From positions 2,732-66,731 of the IMG/VR virus record IMGVR_UViG_3300040811_000504: a DNA stretch of 64,000 nt; one strand, given 5' to 3'. Shown here in pieces: positions 21,001 through 30,500 of this stretch. The stretch's first letter is position 1; each line of letters opens with the position of its first letter. The position numbers were made by a program, and so were the translations under genes. Source of the stretch: a virus. Its lineage: Duplodnaviria; Caudoviricetes. The notes under the pieces are model-generated. The model had not been told where the DNA came from. It saw only the letters and a list, made by a program, of their open reading frames with translations, and did not search any database.

Positions 21001-21201
21001 CATATCGGTTTTAGCATGAACAATATCACCCACCAAAACTATGATTGAATCTTCTGTTTTTGTATCTGAAATGTATTCGTACAATCGTTCAAATACTTCT
21101 CTATACTCTTTGTGTCTTTTTAGATTTCTGATGTGTACATCAGCTATGTGGTAAATCTTTTTGATATTACCATCATAGTTAATCTTTTTTGATTTTCTCA
21201 T
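18028..21201 (-). CDS. Fused SbcD/Mre11 nuclease and SbcC/Rad50 ATPase (T4 gp47-gp46-like)
   Basis: ADVH, GDIVH, GNHD, GDIH phosphoesterase motifs; APNASGKSS Walker A; coiled coil with CDHC hook; TSGME signature; IDEGFGSLD Walker B. Confidence 0.92.
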   Translation of the reverse strand: MRKSKKINYDGNIKKIYHIADVHIRNLKRHKEYREVFERLYEYISDTKTEDSIIVLVGDIVHAKTDMTPEVIEMTQTFLKRLSDMLPTILIPGNHDANLNNHSRLDALSPIVNALGHPNLHYLKDDGVWKMGGISFSHSSIFSESKAIIPSSEVHGDYKIALYHAPVDKVKTEHGFEIENKNVNVESFDGYDLVLLGDIHVPNQSLNSEGTIKYCGSTIMQNHSEAKYPEHGILVWDVDSKKSEFVPIHNDYGYVTIDVEGGKIVGNPTIPNKPRMRVRVKDTPQSELKKVLAKIRVGRKVQEVSIQKVITDKKDYSGGSNIILQNVRDVGFQNKLIEDFLSERYVVGEEHLDVIRGINNDINTKLGTSVGMKNIIWKPKTFEFSNMFSYGPSNIIDFSQMKGAYGVFAPNASGKSSLWDALSFCIYDKCSRTSKAADVLNYSKSQFNCKFNFEINGVDYYIERIGKKSPKRGTVKVDVNFYRINEDGSTESLNGEERRDTNSIIRQYVGSYDDFILTAMSNQSNSGGFIEKSQKERKELLAQFLDMDVFEQLYQVANEEIKELSALLKDYKNQNFTEKLSDAEESLIENKKKVTETQTLLDEYKERRIKVGLRIEELLGKLISVDSSVTDTDNLIKLKEELEESANTKATECNEYVDTLVDLESKLKKSQSEFNRYDLVDLKEKHLKYESYSKMMVDIQSQIDDLDREIEHKKKHLDGIGSLTFDDGCDHCVKNKNTPFAQQAQSLEREIKESSLIRLTRSGEYDEASMNKAKYDVTSILAEIQTLKSKIDNYTNQIEKVELQTKSCNLELTELQNRIDKVDSDIQKSIEQKVSVEHNTKVQKEIDKYKENLKEIEDLIYDTNDILIDVSGEVKIAENTIKTVNDSINRLEDMETKYEGYEYYLQCVKRDGIPYELISDVLPKLEVEINNILQPLVDFQILLNTDGKNINSYIAYGEDEYWPLELTSGMEKFISSVAIRTALTNVSNLPRPNFIAIDEGFGSLDSDNFNSLYLLFDYLKNQFDFLVTISHIDKTRDMVDQIIDITKVGGFSSIRYL

Positions 21202-22139
21202 ACACCAACCAACTTATACTCCATTAACCTTCGTAATGTTAATGGTTCAGTATTTTTTATTTTTTTATTAATTTCATCAAATCCCATTTCGGATGGGTCT
21301 GAATTATTTAATTCTACTACATAAACTTCTATACCCTCATTCATAAGGGTTTCTGCAAATCTCAGTGCATTTTCAAACGCATCTGAATCTAACGCTATAT
21401 ATACTTTTTCTACACCTCTACGAATTATTTCTTTTTGTAATTCTGATTGTGGTGATTTACCGAATATTGGAATTGCATTCATACGAATTGCCATAGCATC
21501 AAATACACCCTCACATATTACAATTGGTAAATCCCAATTTACCATCATCTCAAATCCTACTACATCTTTAGATACATCTGGGTTCTTATGTTTAAAGTTA
21601 GAATCATAAAAACTTCTACCTACAAAATAGTTTAATCTCCCATCCCTATTGTATGATGGTACAATTACTTTGTGTTTGTAAACACCCTCTTCACAATATC
21701 CAATTTCATACTTAATAATCTCAGATGGAGTTACACCCCTACCATTTAGATATCGTAATGCATGTTTTCTAATTACTGAATTAGATGATTTCCAAAGTGG
21801 AATGTATTCTTTTGGAAGTTGAACCAGCTCAGTTTTACCATTATTTTCAGAATTTGGTAAATTTGAGTATCTATACTTTCTACTGAAGATTGAATTGTGT
21901 TCATCCCAAACATCTTTGGATACTTTGATTTTTCTGAAGAGAGAACGTATTGATTTACCCTTCTCATCGGATACCCAACAATGCCAGGGGTTATCACCAG
22001 AAGAATTTAATGATATGTTTATCTCTAACTTTGGTTTATAGTGTTCTACAAACGGAGAGTAAAACGCATAGTTATCACCCGATGTTTTCTTAGCCTTACC
22101 TAAGACAGATTCCAATAAAGAGAGCAGTCTATCTTCCAT
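21198..22139 (-). CDS. DNA primase (TOPRIM)
   Basis: ICEGVFDA and ALDSDA TOPRIM motifs; N-terminal WHCW remnant of a Zn ribbon. Confidence 0.85.
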   Translation of the reverse strand: MEDRLLSLLESVLGKAKKTSGDNYAFYSPFVEHYKPKLEINISLNSSGDNPWHCWVSDEKGKSIRSLFRKIKVSKDVWDEHNSIFSRKYRYSNLPNSENNGKTELVQLPKEYIPLWKSSNSVIRKHALRYLNGRGVTPSEIIKYEIGYCEEGVYKHKVIVPSYNRDGRLNYFVGRSFYDSNFKHKNPDVSKDVVGFEMMVNWDLPIVICEGVFDAMAIRMNAIPIFGKSPQSELQKEIIRRGVEKVYIALDSDAFENALRFAETLMNEGIEVYVVELNNSDPSEMGFDEINKKIKNTEPLTLRRLMEYKLVGV

Positions 22140-22146
22140 ATAACTA

Positions 22147-22178
22147 CTAATATACGAAATATATTTTAATTATCCAAA
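22147..22178 (-). promoter_or_regulatory. Bacteroidota-type promoter (primase/SbcCD)
   Basis: TTTG-N20-TATATTAG. Confidence 0.65.
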
Positions 22179-22592
22179 GAAATTTACTTTTTCTTTTTCA
22201 TCTATCCAATCTTGGGGTATTTCCTTCTTAGCCCATTTGAATCCGTGCTTCTCGCACCACTCCGCATATGTTGTTTTTGAACCTTTGTATATTTTTCCAT
22301 TTGGTGATTGTAGAACAAACCTTAAATCCATATCAGGATTTTGTTCTTTAATCAGTAGATGTTTTTTTCTATCTTCTGGTAAGAACCATCCTTTGGATTC
22401 TATATAGATTCCGTTTGGTAGTTTGAAATCTGGTTTGTATGTATGTGTTGATGCTGGGATGGTGTATGATACTTCATGCTGTTCGTATTCACCATCAATA
22501 CCTTGTGATTTGAGTTGTTCATCTATACGAGTTTCCAACCCACTTTTATGTCCTTTCATCTTTTGGATGTGAGACCAATTTCCTTTTGCCAT
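22170..22592 (-). CDS. T7 endonuclease I-like junction resolvase
   Basis: KSGLE...YKPDF.LPNGIYIESKG.F..EDRKKHLLIKEQ.P..DLRFV. Confidence 0.9.
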   Translation of the reverse strand: MAKGNWSHIQKMKGHKSGLETRIDEQLKSQGIDGEYEQHEVSYTIPASTHTYKPDFKLPNGIYIESKGWFLPEDRKKHLLIKEQNPDMDLRFVLQSPNGKIYKGSKTTYAEWCEKHGFKWAKKEIPQDWIDEKEKVNFFG

Positions 22593-22596
22593 AACT

Positions 22597-24495
22597 TTAT
22601 TCGTTTACACCGATATTAGGTCTATCAAATTTATTCCAAATAAACCGTCCATCTTTTGTTTTTGTGATGGTTGCTGGTCTACCAACAGGTTCTAATGAAC
22701 CAGTTGTTGGAGTTCCAAACGGACCATCTAAATCAAATCTTACTTTTACTGTAATATCAACATCACTCCTATTTTGAATTGCAGATGCCAATTTTCCAAC
22801 TGCTATCAAATCTCCATTTGGATTGTATAATCCAATTGTTGTAAAATAGTTTCTAAAATCAGAACCTGTTACAAAATCTTGTAAGAATTCACTATTAGGG
22901 TTATTGTTTACTTTTAGGGATGGGTTTTGTGATATATTGAATTCATCTGCTCCAATCTCACACATTACAGAAACTTCATGCAGTTGTTTTGTGGATTTAT
23001 ATTTTACCTTCCACCCAAACTCTTTTCGATTTACATTTTCAAACTCGTCCTGAGTACCATAATCCCAACTTCCACTCGCACCCACCAATACGTTTTTATA
23101 AAGTGGTCTTGGGTCAGATACTACCATAATCCCATGTTTATAAAATACCTCACCCACAACATTGGTTTGGTATGCTGAGCCTGTTACATAATCATTATTT
23201 GATAATCCTTCAATTTCAGATTGTGATAACCCTCGTCTATAAAATCTAACTTCATCTAAAGAACCACTCAATACACCATTCCCTTCTGTTGAGAAATCAG
23301 TAAATCCATCTGAAAGGTGTCTTGCACCAAATAACATATCATAATCATTTGCTATTTGAGATTTTAATCCTATTGATGATGATACTTCCTTTACACCATC
23401 TACCCATAGTTCTAAAAGAGAGCCTGTTTTGTTAAAACATATGTGGTGTTCTGATACATCGTTTATTTGTGTTGATGAAGTTACTTCAACATTTCTTAAT
23501 CCGTCTGAGAGTGATGCAACTACCTTACCATTGTTAGATGTATTTTGGTTGTAAACTTTTAAATCAAATGGGAATATTGGGTTTCGTTTATTTTCTCTTC
23601 TAAGAACATCTCTTAGTTTTTTATCTTGTCCATAATCTCTAAATGTACCAGATTTATTAACCAACCAATTATAATCTAAAATGTTATCAGATTGTGATGT
23701 TGGTAAAACTGTCCAAAGAGAAATTGAATAATCGTTACCTTTATAGAAATCAATTTGCTTATTATGGTCTACTCTGATATATGAATCAGAACCATTAAAT
23801 GTTACTTTAGTACCAGATGGTAATTGTTCATTACCTGTTGTTGTGATACCACCATCGTAGTATAATTCTTTACCATATGCATGATGGAGATACCCGCTCC
23901 TATCTTCTATATATGTATCTAAAGATGTTCGGCGTGGTACTACTTCATCATTAAATCCCCAATATCCAACTAAATCACCAAACGGAACATATGAACCTGT
24001 GTTTAGTTCCGAATCATATAGGTATCCATGTTGTTCATCTAATTTAATATCTAATATATCAATCTGGTCTGTAATTGAACCTGTAACACTATAATCAAGT
24101 ATTTCTATTGATTCTGGTTTAATACCATCCCCCATTCTATTATGGGGTACTGAAAATATAGAAGCCGATACATACAAATCTCTCTCTACCCTAGCCCTAT
24201 GTTTAAAAAACATTTGATTAAGACCAGACCACACAACTTTTTGATGTTTTGATTTTAAAAACTCTGTTGAATTTGAGTTTGAATTATCTAATTGGTCGAC
24301 TTCTCTATACGCTGGGATTGATATAGATTCTGAAACATTAATTTTTTCATTGTAAAGTGGTGAGATACCCTTCAATACAGATACCGAATAATAATCATTT
24401 CTATAATTATCATCAGTAACAACCCATCTTTTGTGAGTGTTATATGGGTAGAGTTGAAATCCACCACCATTTATCGGTTTTAGTGCTTCTGCCAT
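22597..24495 (-). CDS. Virion structural protein with LamG/concanavalin-like domain
   Basis: VGYWGF...SISLW...HHIC...LWVDG...GSLDEVRFYRRGLS; C-terminal TTIGLY...LIAVGKL. Confidence 0.7.
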   Translation of the reverse strand: MAEALKPINGGGFQLYPYNTHKRWVVTDDNYRNDYYSVSVLKGISPLYNEKINVSESISIPAYREVDQLDNSNSNSTEFLKSKHQKVVWSGLNQMFFKHRARVERDLYVSASIFSVPHNRMGDGIKPESIEILDYSVTGSITDQIDILDIKLDEQHGYLYDSELNTGSYVPFGDLVGYWGFNDEVVPRRTSLDTYIEDRSGYLHHAYGKELYYDGGITTTGNEQLPSGTKVTFNGSDSYIRVDHNKQIDFYKGNDYSISLWTVLPTSQSDNILDYNWLVNKSGTFRDYGQDKKLRDVLRRENKRNPIFPFDLKVYNQNTSNNGKVVASLSDGLRNVEVTSSTQINDVSEHHICFNKTGSLLELWVDGVKEVSSSIGLKSQIANDYDMLFGARHLSDGFTDFSTEGNGVLSGSLDEVRFYRRGLSQSEIEGLSNNDYVTGSAYQTNVVGEVFYKHGIMVVSDPRPLYKNVLVGASGSWDYGTQDEFENVNRKEFGWKVKYKSTKQLHEVSVMCEIGADEFNISQNPSLKVNNNPNSEFLQDFVTGSDFRNYFTTIGLYNPNGDLIAVGKLASAIQNRSDVDITVKVRFDLDGPFGTPTTGSLEPVGRPATITKTKDGRFIWNKFDRPNIGVNE

Positions 24496-24543
24496 TAGAT
24501 GTATCCTATCATTCTAATATAAATATTAAAATATTTAAAATAA

Positions 24544-24565
24544 AACCCCATATTACTATGGGGTT
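24544..24565 (-). terminator. Intrinsic terminator
   Basis: AACCCCATA-GTAA-TATGGGGTT followed by TTATTTT on the minus strand. Confidence 0.7.
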
Positions 24566-24627
24566 GAAACTCTTACGAGTCAGTCCCCAGATTCTATCAC
24601 AGGGAGCTGTTATTTTATTTTTCTATT

Positions 24628-25707
24628 TTAGAAATCTAATTTAACCTTAACCAATACTTCATTAGAGAATGATTTTAAAATTGGTTGAGATAACTTAGCA
24701 ACTGCTAATAATTCTTGTGCACTACTATACAATCCAACAGTTGTAATATAAGATTTTGGATTATTTGCAAATGTTGGTTGTCTAAATGCTCCGTTAGAAC
24801 CTGTTACAAATGATGGGTTGTTTGAGAAGTTATATTCACCATTCTTAGCTCTTACAAAGTAATATGTTGATTGAACTCTTTCTTCATTTCTTGCTGCAAA
24901 TCCATAATTTGAATTAATAGCAGCTGCCCCACTAATGGATGTTAATAATTTAAATGCATTATCACCATTTGTGTTTGATGCGGTTACAGAACCAAATGAT
25001 AACGTCGTATCCATTGTATCTGCGTTTAAGATGATAACACCCTGCTCTGGAAATACTTGTCCATAATAAGTTTTAGGTGAATACACTCCATTAAGGATTG
25101 AGCCCGATACTAAGTTATACGTTCTACCAATTTGAGTTGCAGCCTGTTGAGTATCACCACTATCATCAATTAACTTAATAATTTTGTTTGATGATGATAC
25201 TGCTAAATTAGAACCTGTATTATATATAAGTTCAGCACTACCAGATAGTTCTGCTAAATTCAATTGGAAGTTACCTGGGTCTAATCTATCTTTTATTCTA
25301 GCCCTATTGATGTTAATAGCATAAATCTGCTCAGATGAAACATCATTAAATGTAAACGTTCTTTGTTGGTCTGGAAGTAGGATTTGTGCATATTGTGAAT
25401 AGATGGCATTTGAAGGAGAATCTTCATTCTGCCCCAAAGAACCACTACCCGCGTTGTGACCATATGTTACTGAGAATTGTGCTTCGGATGTAGAATTAGT
25501 ACTAATCCCATCAAAAATCTCATAATAATATTCTTTCTGAGTAGCTGATTGTGCTGAAGATGTGTAGAATGATGTTAACGTTCCTACGTTACCACTCCAT
25601 AAACCTCTCGTTACTTTTTCTACACCACCTTCTACAACATCCCCTACTTTAAATGCTGTATAAACTCTTTTTGATGTATTGAACGAACCTGCTGGTAAAA
25701 TTGCCAT
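24628..25707 (-). CDS. Tail/baseplate structural protein
   Basis: C-terminal YITTVGLY...LLAVAKLSQP...VKVKLDF, paralogous to the neighbouring gene; lies in the baseplate module. Confidence 0.6.
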   Translation of the reverse strand: MAILPAGSFNTSKRVYTAFKVGDVVEGGVEKVTRGLWSGNVGTLTSFYTSSAQSATQKEYYYEIFDGISTNSTSEAQFSVTYGHNAGSGSLGQNEDSPSNAIYSQYAQILLPDQQRTFTFNDVSSEQIYAININRARIKDRLDPGNFQLNLAELSGSAELIYNTGSNLAVSSSNKIIKLIDDSGDTQQAATQIGRTYNLVSGSILNGVYSPKTYYGQVFPEQGVIILNADTMDTTLSFGSVTASNTNGDNAFKLLTSISGAAAINSNYGFAARNEERVQSTYYFVRAKNGEYNFSNNPSFVTGSNGAFRQPTFANNPKSYITTVGLYSSAQELLAVAKLSQPILKSFSNEVLVKVKLDF

Positions 25708-25727
25708 ATCTATTTCCTTTTAATCTG

Positions 25728-26393
25728 TTATCCTAATGTTGAATCTAATGTGTTACCAACTGTAATATCAGGATTGTTAGTTACAGTTAATGTAATCTCA
25801 CTACGTCCACCTGTTTCATTACCAACTACAAAAATCTTAGTTGAAATATCAGTATTATCTGCTAACACTTTTGAAACAATTGTAAATGTTGAATTTGTAC
25901 TAATGGTAACACTTCTTCTATCTTCGTTAGCACCTACATTATCTTCGTTATTTGCGATACCACCACCATCACCGATAATAGTTGCTGCATCTGAGTTAAG
26001 AAGTGTTACGGTGTAGCCTAATGTTTCGTTTCCACCATTTTTAGTTTCAATAGAAACAACTTGTCTACTTCCGGCTTCTTCTACACTAATTGAACTTGGG
26101 TTTGTTTGAATAATTGGAATACGAATTGTATTTTTCGGTAATGTTAATAGTTTGTATCTTAACGAATAATTTTCGTCAGTAACTGCCTCAACTACTGGCA
26201 TGTTTTCAATAATGATTCCGTAGTAATCAGAACCAAGTGGATGTGCTGGATTCCATAGTTCGTAATCAACCTCGTCATCTGCTAATGCGAACTGGCTAAT
26301 CACAAAGAAATCTCTTCCTTTTGCTAATAACTCTCTACCCTTTTTGGTGAGAATTGCGTCTACTGTTATCGATGAATTATCTAAGTATCCCAT
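25728..26393 (-). CDS. Conserved virion structural protein
   Basis: MGYLDN..ITVDAILTKKGRELLA...FALADDEVDY motif of myophage tail/baseplate proteins. Confidence 0.6.
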   Translation of the reverse strand: MGYLDNSSITVDAILTKKGRELLAKGRDFFVISQFALADDEVDYELWNPAHPLGSDYYGIIIENMPVVEAVTDENYSLRYKLLTLPKNTIRIPIIQTNPSSISVEEAGSRQVVSIETKNGGNETLGYTVTLLNSDAATIIGDGGGIANNEDNVGANEDRRSVTISTNSTFTIVSKVLADNTDISTKIFVVGNETGGRSEITLTVTNNPDITVGNTLDSTLG

Positions 26394-26468
26394 AATTTTT
26401 TTACCTTTTTACAATATTATTCAACTATAAATATGTGAATAAAATAAATTAAGTTAATTTTTTGCATT

Positions 26469-27527
26469 CTACTTTAAAGTAGATGCATAATCTTCCTCAC
26501 TTCTTTGGTTTGAATTGAGTTCGTTTCTTAAAATTTCCAAACGATTCTCTTTCTGCCTTTTATTAAACTCTTCTTCTACATTCATAGGTCTTATCAAAAT
26601 ATCAGTTGGGTTAGTCATTGAATTTGAATCAAAATCAGATTCTTCACTTTCAACTATATCTCTATGAGGAACAATTGGTCTCCCCATTCTAATTTCCATT
26701 TCTTCTATTTCTCTAATTTGTTTTTGAACTGGATTTAGATTTTCTATTTGAGGATTCTGAGCAATCTTTTCCTTCTGTTCTATAATTATCTCTTCTTCAA
26801 AAAAAGTTTGAACTTCACCTTCTGTAAGTTTATTTAATCTAAGTTGAGATTCTACTAACTTACGTTCTTTCTCTCTTTCTAATCGTTCTATCTTTTTCCT
26901 TTGCAATTCTTTTACCTTAGTAGAGTTTTCTTCTTTCTTACGTTTGATATCCGCTTGATTTTTTTGTTTGTCTCCATCTGTAATATTTCTATCGCCAACA
27001 AACTCAGGAAAAGTATTTTTAAGATACAACTCAAACTCAGCTTTCATAATTTTGATTTTTTCATCAAATTGAACTCTACGTTCTTGTTCTTCTAAGAATG
27101 CGTTTTCAAAATCAAATCTTCTTTGGTTACTAATTGTTCTACGTTTATCTTCTTCTAAAATCAAACGTGCTTTATCTTCTTCAGTAAAGAACTCATCATT
27201 TGAATCAATTACAGGTGGTACTGATTTGGTAGGTATAATTGGTTTGGATACTACATCTGCAATATCCTCAGGCCGAACTCTATCTCTATCTCTGATTAGT
27301 TTGTTATCATCTAATAACTCACCTGTGTTTACAATATCTTCTAAAGGTTGAATACTACGTTCCAATTCGTATTGTTCCGATTCTACATCCATTGGAGATT
27401 TAATAAGAGGACGTTCGGATGTGGGTGCAAGTTTTTGTCTTACAACCTCTTCCATATCAGAACCAACTTCTCTATTATCATCAGGTCTTTGTGGTTCGCC
27501 CCTTAAATTCATTTCTTCTTCTCTCAT
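26469..27527 (-). CDS. Highly charged coiled-coil hypothetical protein
   Basis: E/R/K-rich 352-aa ORF with the late-type motif upstream. Confidence 0.55.
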   Translation of the reverse strand: MREEEMNLRGEPQRPDDNREVGSDMEEVVRQKLAPTSERPLIKSPMDVESEQYELERSIQPLEDIVNTGELLDDNKLIRDRDRVRPEDIADVVSKPIIPTKSVPPVIDSNDEFFTEEDKARLILEEDKRRTISNQRRFDFENAFLEEQERRVQFDEKIKIMKAEFELYLKNTFPEFVGDRNITDGDKQKNQADIKRKKEENSTKVKELQRKKIERLEREKERKLVESQLRLNKLTEGEVQTFFEEEIIIEQKEKIAQNPQIENLNPVQKQIREIEEMEIRMGRPIVPHRDIVESEESDFDSNSMTNPTDILIRPMNVEEEFNKRQKENRLEILRNELNSNQRSEEDYASTLK

Positions 27528-27538
27528 ATCAATAAATA

Positions 27539-30500
27539 TTAAACATCGGTAATTCTATTAGGTCGATTTATTATATCAAACTCTTCTCTTCGTTGCTGTT
27601 CCAATTCAAATCGGATTCTCTCTTCTTCGTATCTCAAATCAAACTCAGTTCGTCTACCACCTTCAATCTGAATTAGTTTTTCTATTTCTTTTCTAAACTT
27701 AGCAACGGCTTCTTTATATTCTTGCTCCCTACTCCACTTAATATCATCATTAACTTTTAAATCTTCTAATTTAAGAGTTGGTAGATTCGTAGAAGTATCA
27801 ACATCTAAATTACCTTCTTCTGCGGTTTGTGATGTGTAGATAAGTACATTCGGGTCAGCCTCAAATATCTCAATTACAGGTCTACCATCTGGTGTATCTG
27901 GTGAATTAGTTGTGAGTGAATCGGATGTCATCTTACATCCCAAATATCTTAGGTTTTCTAATGATAATGGTAATTCATCAGTAGATACTGATGCTGGAAC
28001 TAATGATGATGAGTTACTTAATCTTAATGATGCTGATAACTCAGTATTATAGAAGTATATGGTTTTAAGTGCATACTTAGATGGTTTACCCACTACTGCG
28101 TTAGATGATGTTACATTATAATTCCAATACCCATTTGAACCCGTAGTCCACCCACTACCAAATCCAATATCAGCTGATGCTGAATAGTTTAGGATTGTGT
28201 ATCTATATGTTGATGGTGAGTACATATTTCTGATAGTAGGATTACCCACCGATTCTACATCATCTTTTTGTGCAATTATGTTACGAAGTTCAGTAGTATC
28301 AATACTTGATGTATAATCATGCTTAGTAGCCACTACCAATGTTTGATGTGGTATTGTAGTTTCATAAAGGATATAATCAGCACTTTCACTACGAGGAGCC
28401 GTTATGACTGTATCGTAGTGGATGTATTCTGCACTTTCACTACGAGGTGCGGTAATTATTGTATCATAATGAATGTACTCAGATATTACAGGTACCTCAT
28501 TAGTTATTACAACATCATATTGTGGTTGAGTATATGATAGATTAGTTTTTGATTTAACCTTAGGTCTTTCTAAGATATGTGGTTCAATCAAAATACCCGA
28601 ATTGTAATCAACCCTCGCAGGCATTGTTTGTCTGATTTGTTCAAATACTGAAAAATCATATCGAGCCAATATATCAATAGTATCATTGATTAAGTTTTTA
28701 GAACTATACTTTTTAAATACTTGTCTACGAACATAATCTAATTCTTCGTTCTGTTCAGTATAACCTGGTCGTCTATCAGGATTACCAATATAATCATCAA
28801 TCTCAAAATATCCAGTGTGATTGTAGATATCCTCATTATACATCTTTGTAGCAGACATATAAACACCAACCTGATTAGAATCTACTGGTGCTGAATCATA
28901 TTGTGATTTTTCTTTCTTTTGTTCTGGGTCTAAGATTCCCGTCAATCGATTTGATTCAACTCTAACCTTATTATTCATAATATTGTTAGCACCTGCAGAT
29001 GGAACTTTAGTGTAGTATTCTTCAGTTACACCCCTTAAATCATCAGATTCAAAACTAAATAAAGATGCAGATAATATGTAACCTGATTCACTACCACTAA
29101 TTCTTTGGTTAGGATGTTGTGATAAGATACCATCGTAAGATTCACTAACATTCTTTAATTGTGAATCTGGTATGAATCTAAACTTTAAATCAAAATAAGA
29201 TGAAGTCGCAGAGTTACCATGATAAGATTCTCTTGATAGCGTATGTTCATCTACAACAATATCTTTGAGTGGTTGTGCCCAATATCGTATTTCTTGTATT
29301 GAACCACTCATATATTCCGCATCTGCCCAAATTGATGGGGTATTCGATGTTGGTAATGTGTTACTAAACGTTACTGTACCACTACCCGTCCAAGCAGCGT
29401 TGTATGATGATTCAGTAGAACCATTAATATCAATACTAGCAGATTTTGATGTACTGATTCTATCTTTTCTATTTTTTCTATATTGAATTTTATATTCATT
29501 ATTTTGTGTGATATCATCTACTGATGTTTCTCTTTGAACTAATAGAGTACCCATCTTAGAATCAAAAACAGGTACATTTTCAATAGATGCTGATTTGTAA
29601 CCATTACTACCACTTAAATATAAATGAATGTTACCCTTACCAGATGTTCTCGATGTTGGTTCTAATAATACTGCAAAATCAGAACCCTTATGTAATAAGG
29701 ATGATGTTCTAATTAAGTTTTGTTGGAACTGAATTTCAATTGTATCAATTGGATTAGGGTCTCTGTTTAAATAAGTTTGAGGGTCTATATCTGCAATCTT
29801 ATCCCAAGGTGCTGTAATATAGTTATCTGTATCCATTCTCAAATGGTATACAAATCTATCATGTTCCCAAATGTGTCTTTTATCTTCTATTGCAGGTCCA
29901 CCATATTCTCTGATTGATAAGAATGATTGTGGGATTCCGTATGTTGCAATTAATGCTTTAACTGCTCTAGCAGAACCTTTGGTTTTGAGTAAGTACGGAA
30001 TGTTATTTACAATCCTTCTCCAAACCTCATAATTAATTTGTTCATCTGTTTTAGTTTGTAAAGAACCAGTTTGTGCATAATTACCAAACTTATCAGTACC
30101 TGCTGCGAACTTCCATAAATCGGAACGGTCTTTACCATGTGTAAGTTTCCATCCCATAGATTTTGCAACATCATATAATAACTCATTTGGCATACCATCA
30201 TATGGATGTTCTTCTCTTTCATTAATAGAAGTCAATGCTTTTATATAACTCCACGTAATATCAAAGTGATGACCAATCATATCAATGAATAAAATGTAAT
30301 CTAAGTTTAGCGGGTCCTCAGCCATTGATGATGGGATTGTTTTTGTCAATCTCGCATCATTAAATGTATCATATATACTTGCTGAATCAATTAACCCATT
30401 ATAGTGTGATATAGCTTGTGATGATGTTACACTATAAAGTTTTTTTGGAAATTCATCATAATGCGGCCATGGGTTTATAACATATGATGATGCACTATAA

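Noticed and set aside
24566-24610. Hammerhead ribozyme (CTGA...TTTC seen)
   Set aside because: The core CUGANGA...GAAA is not present in the correct order on either strand.
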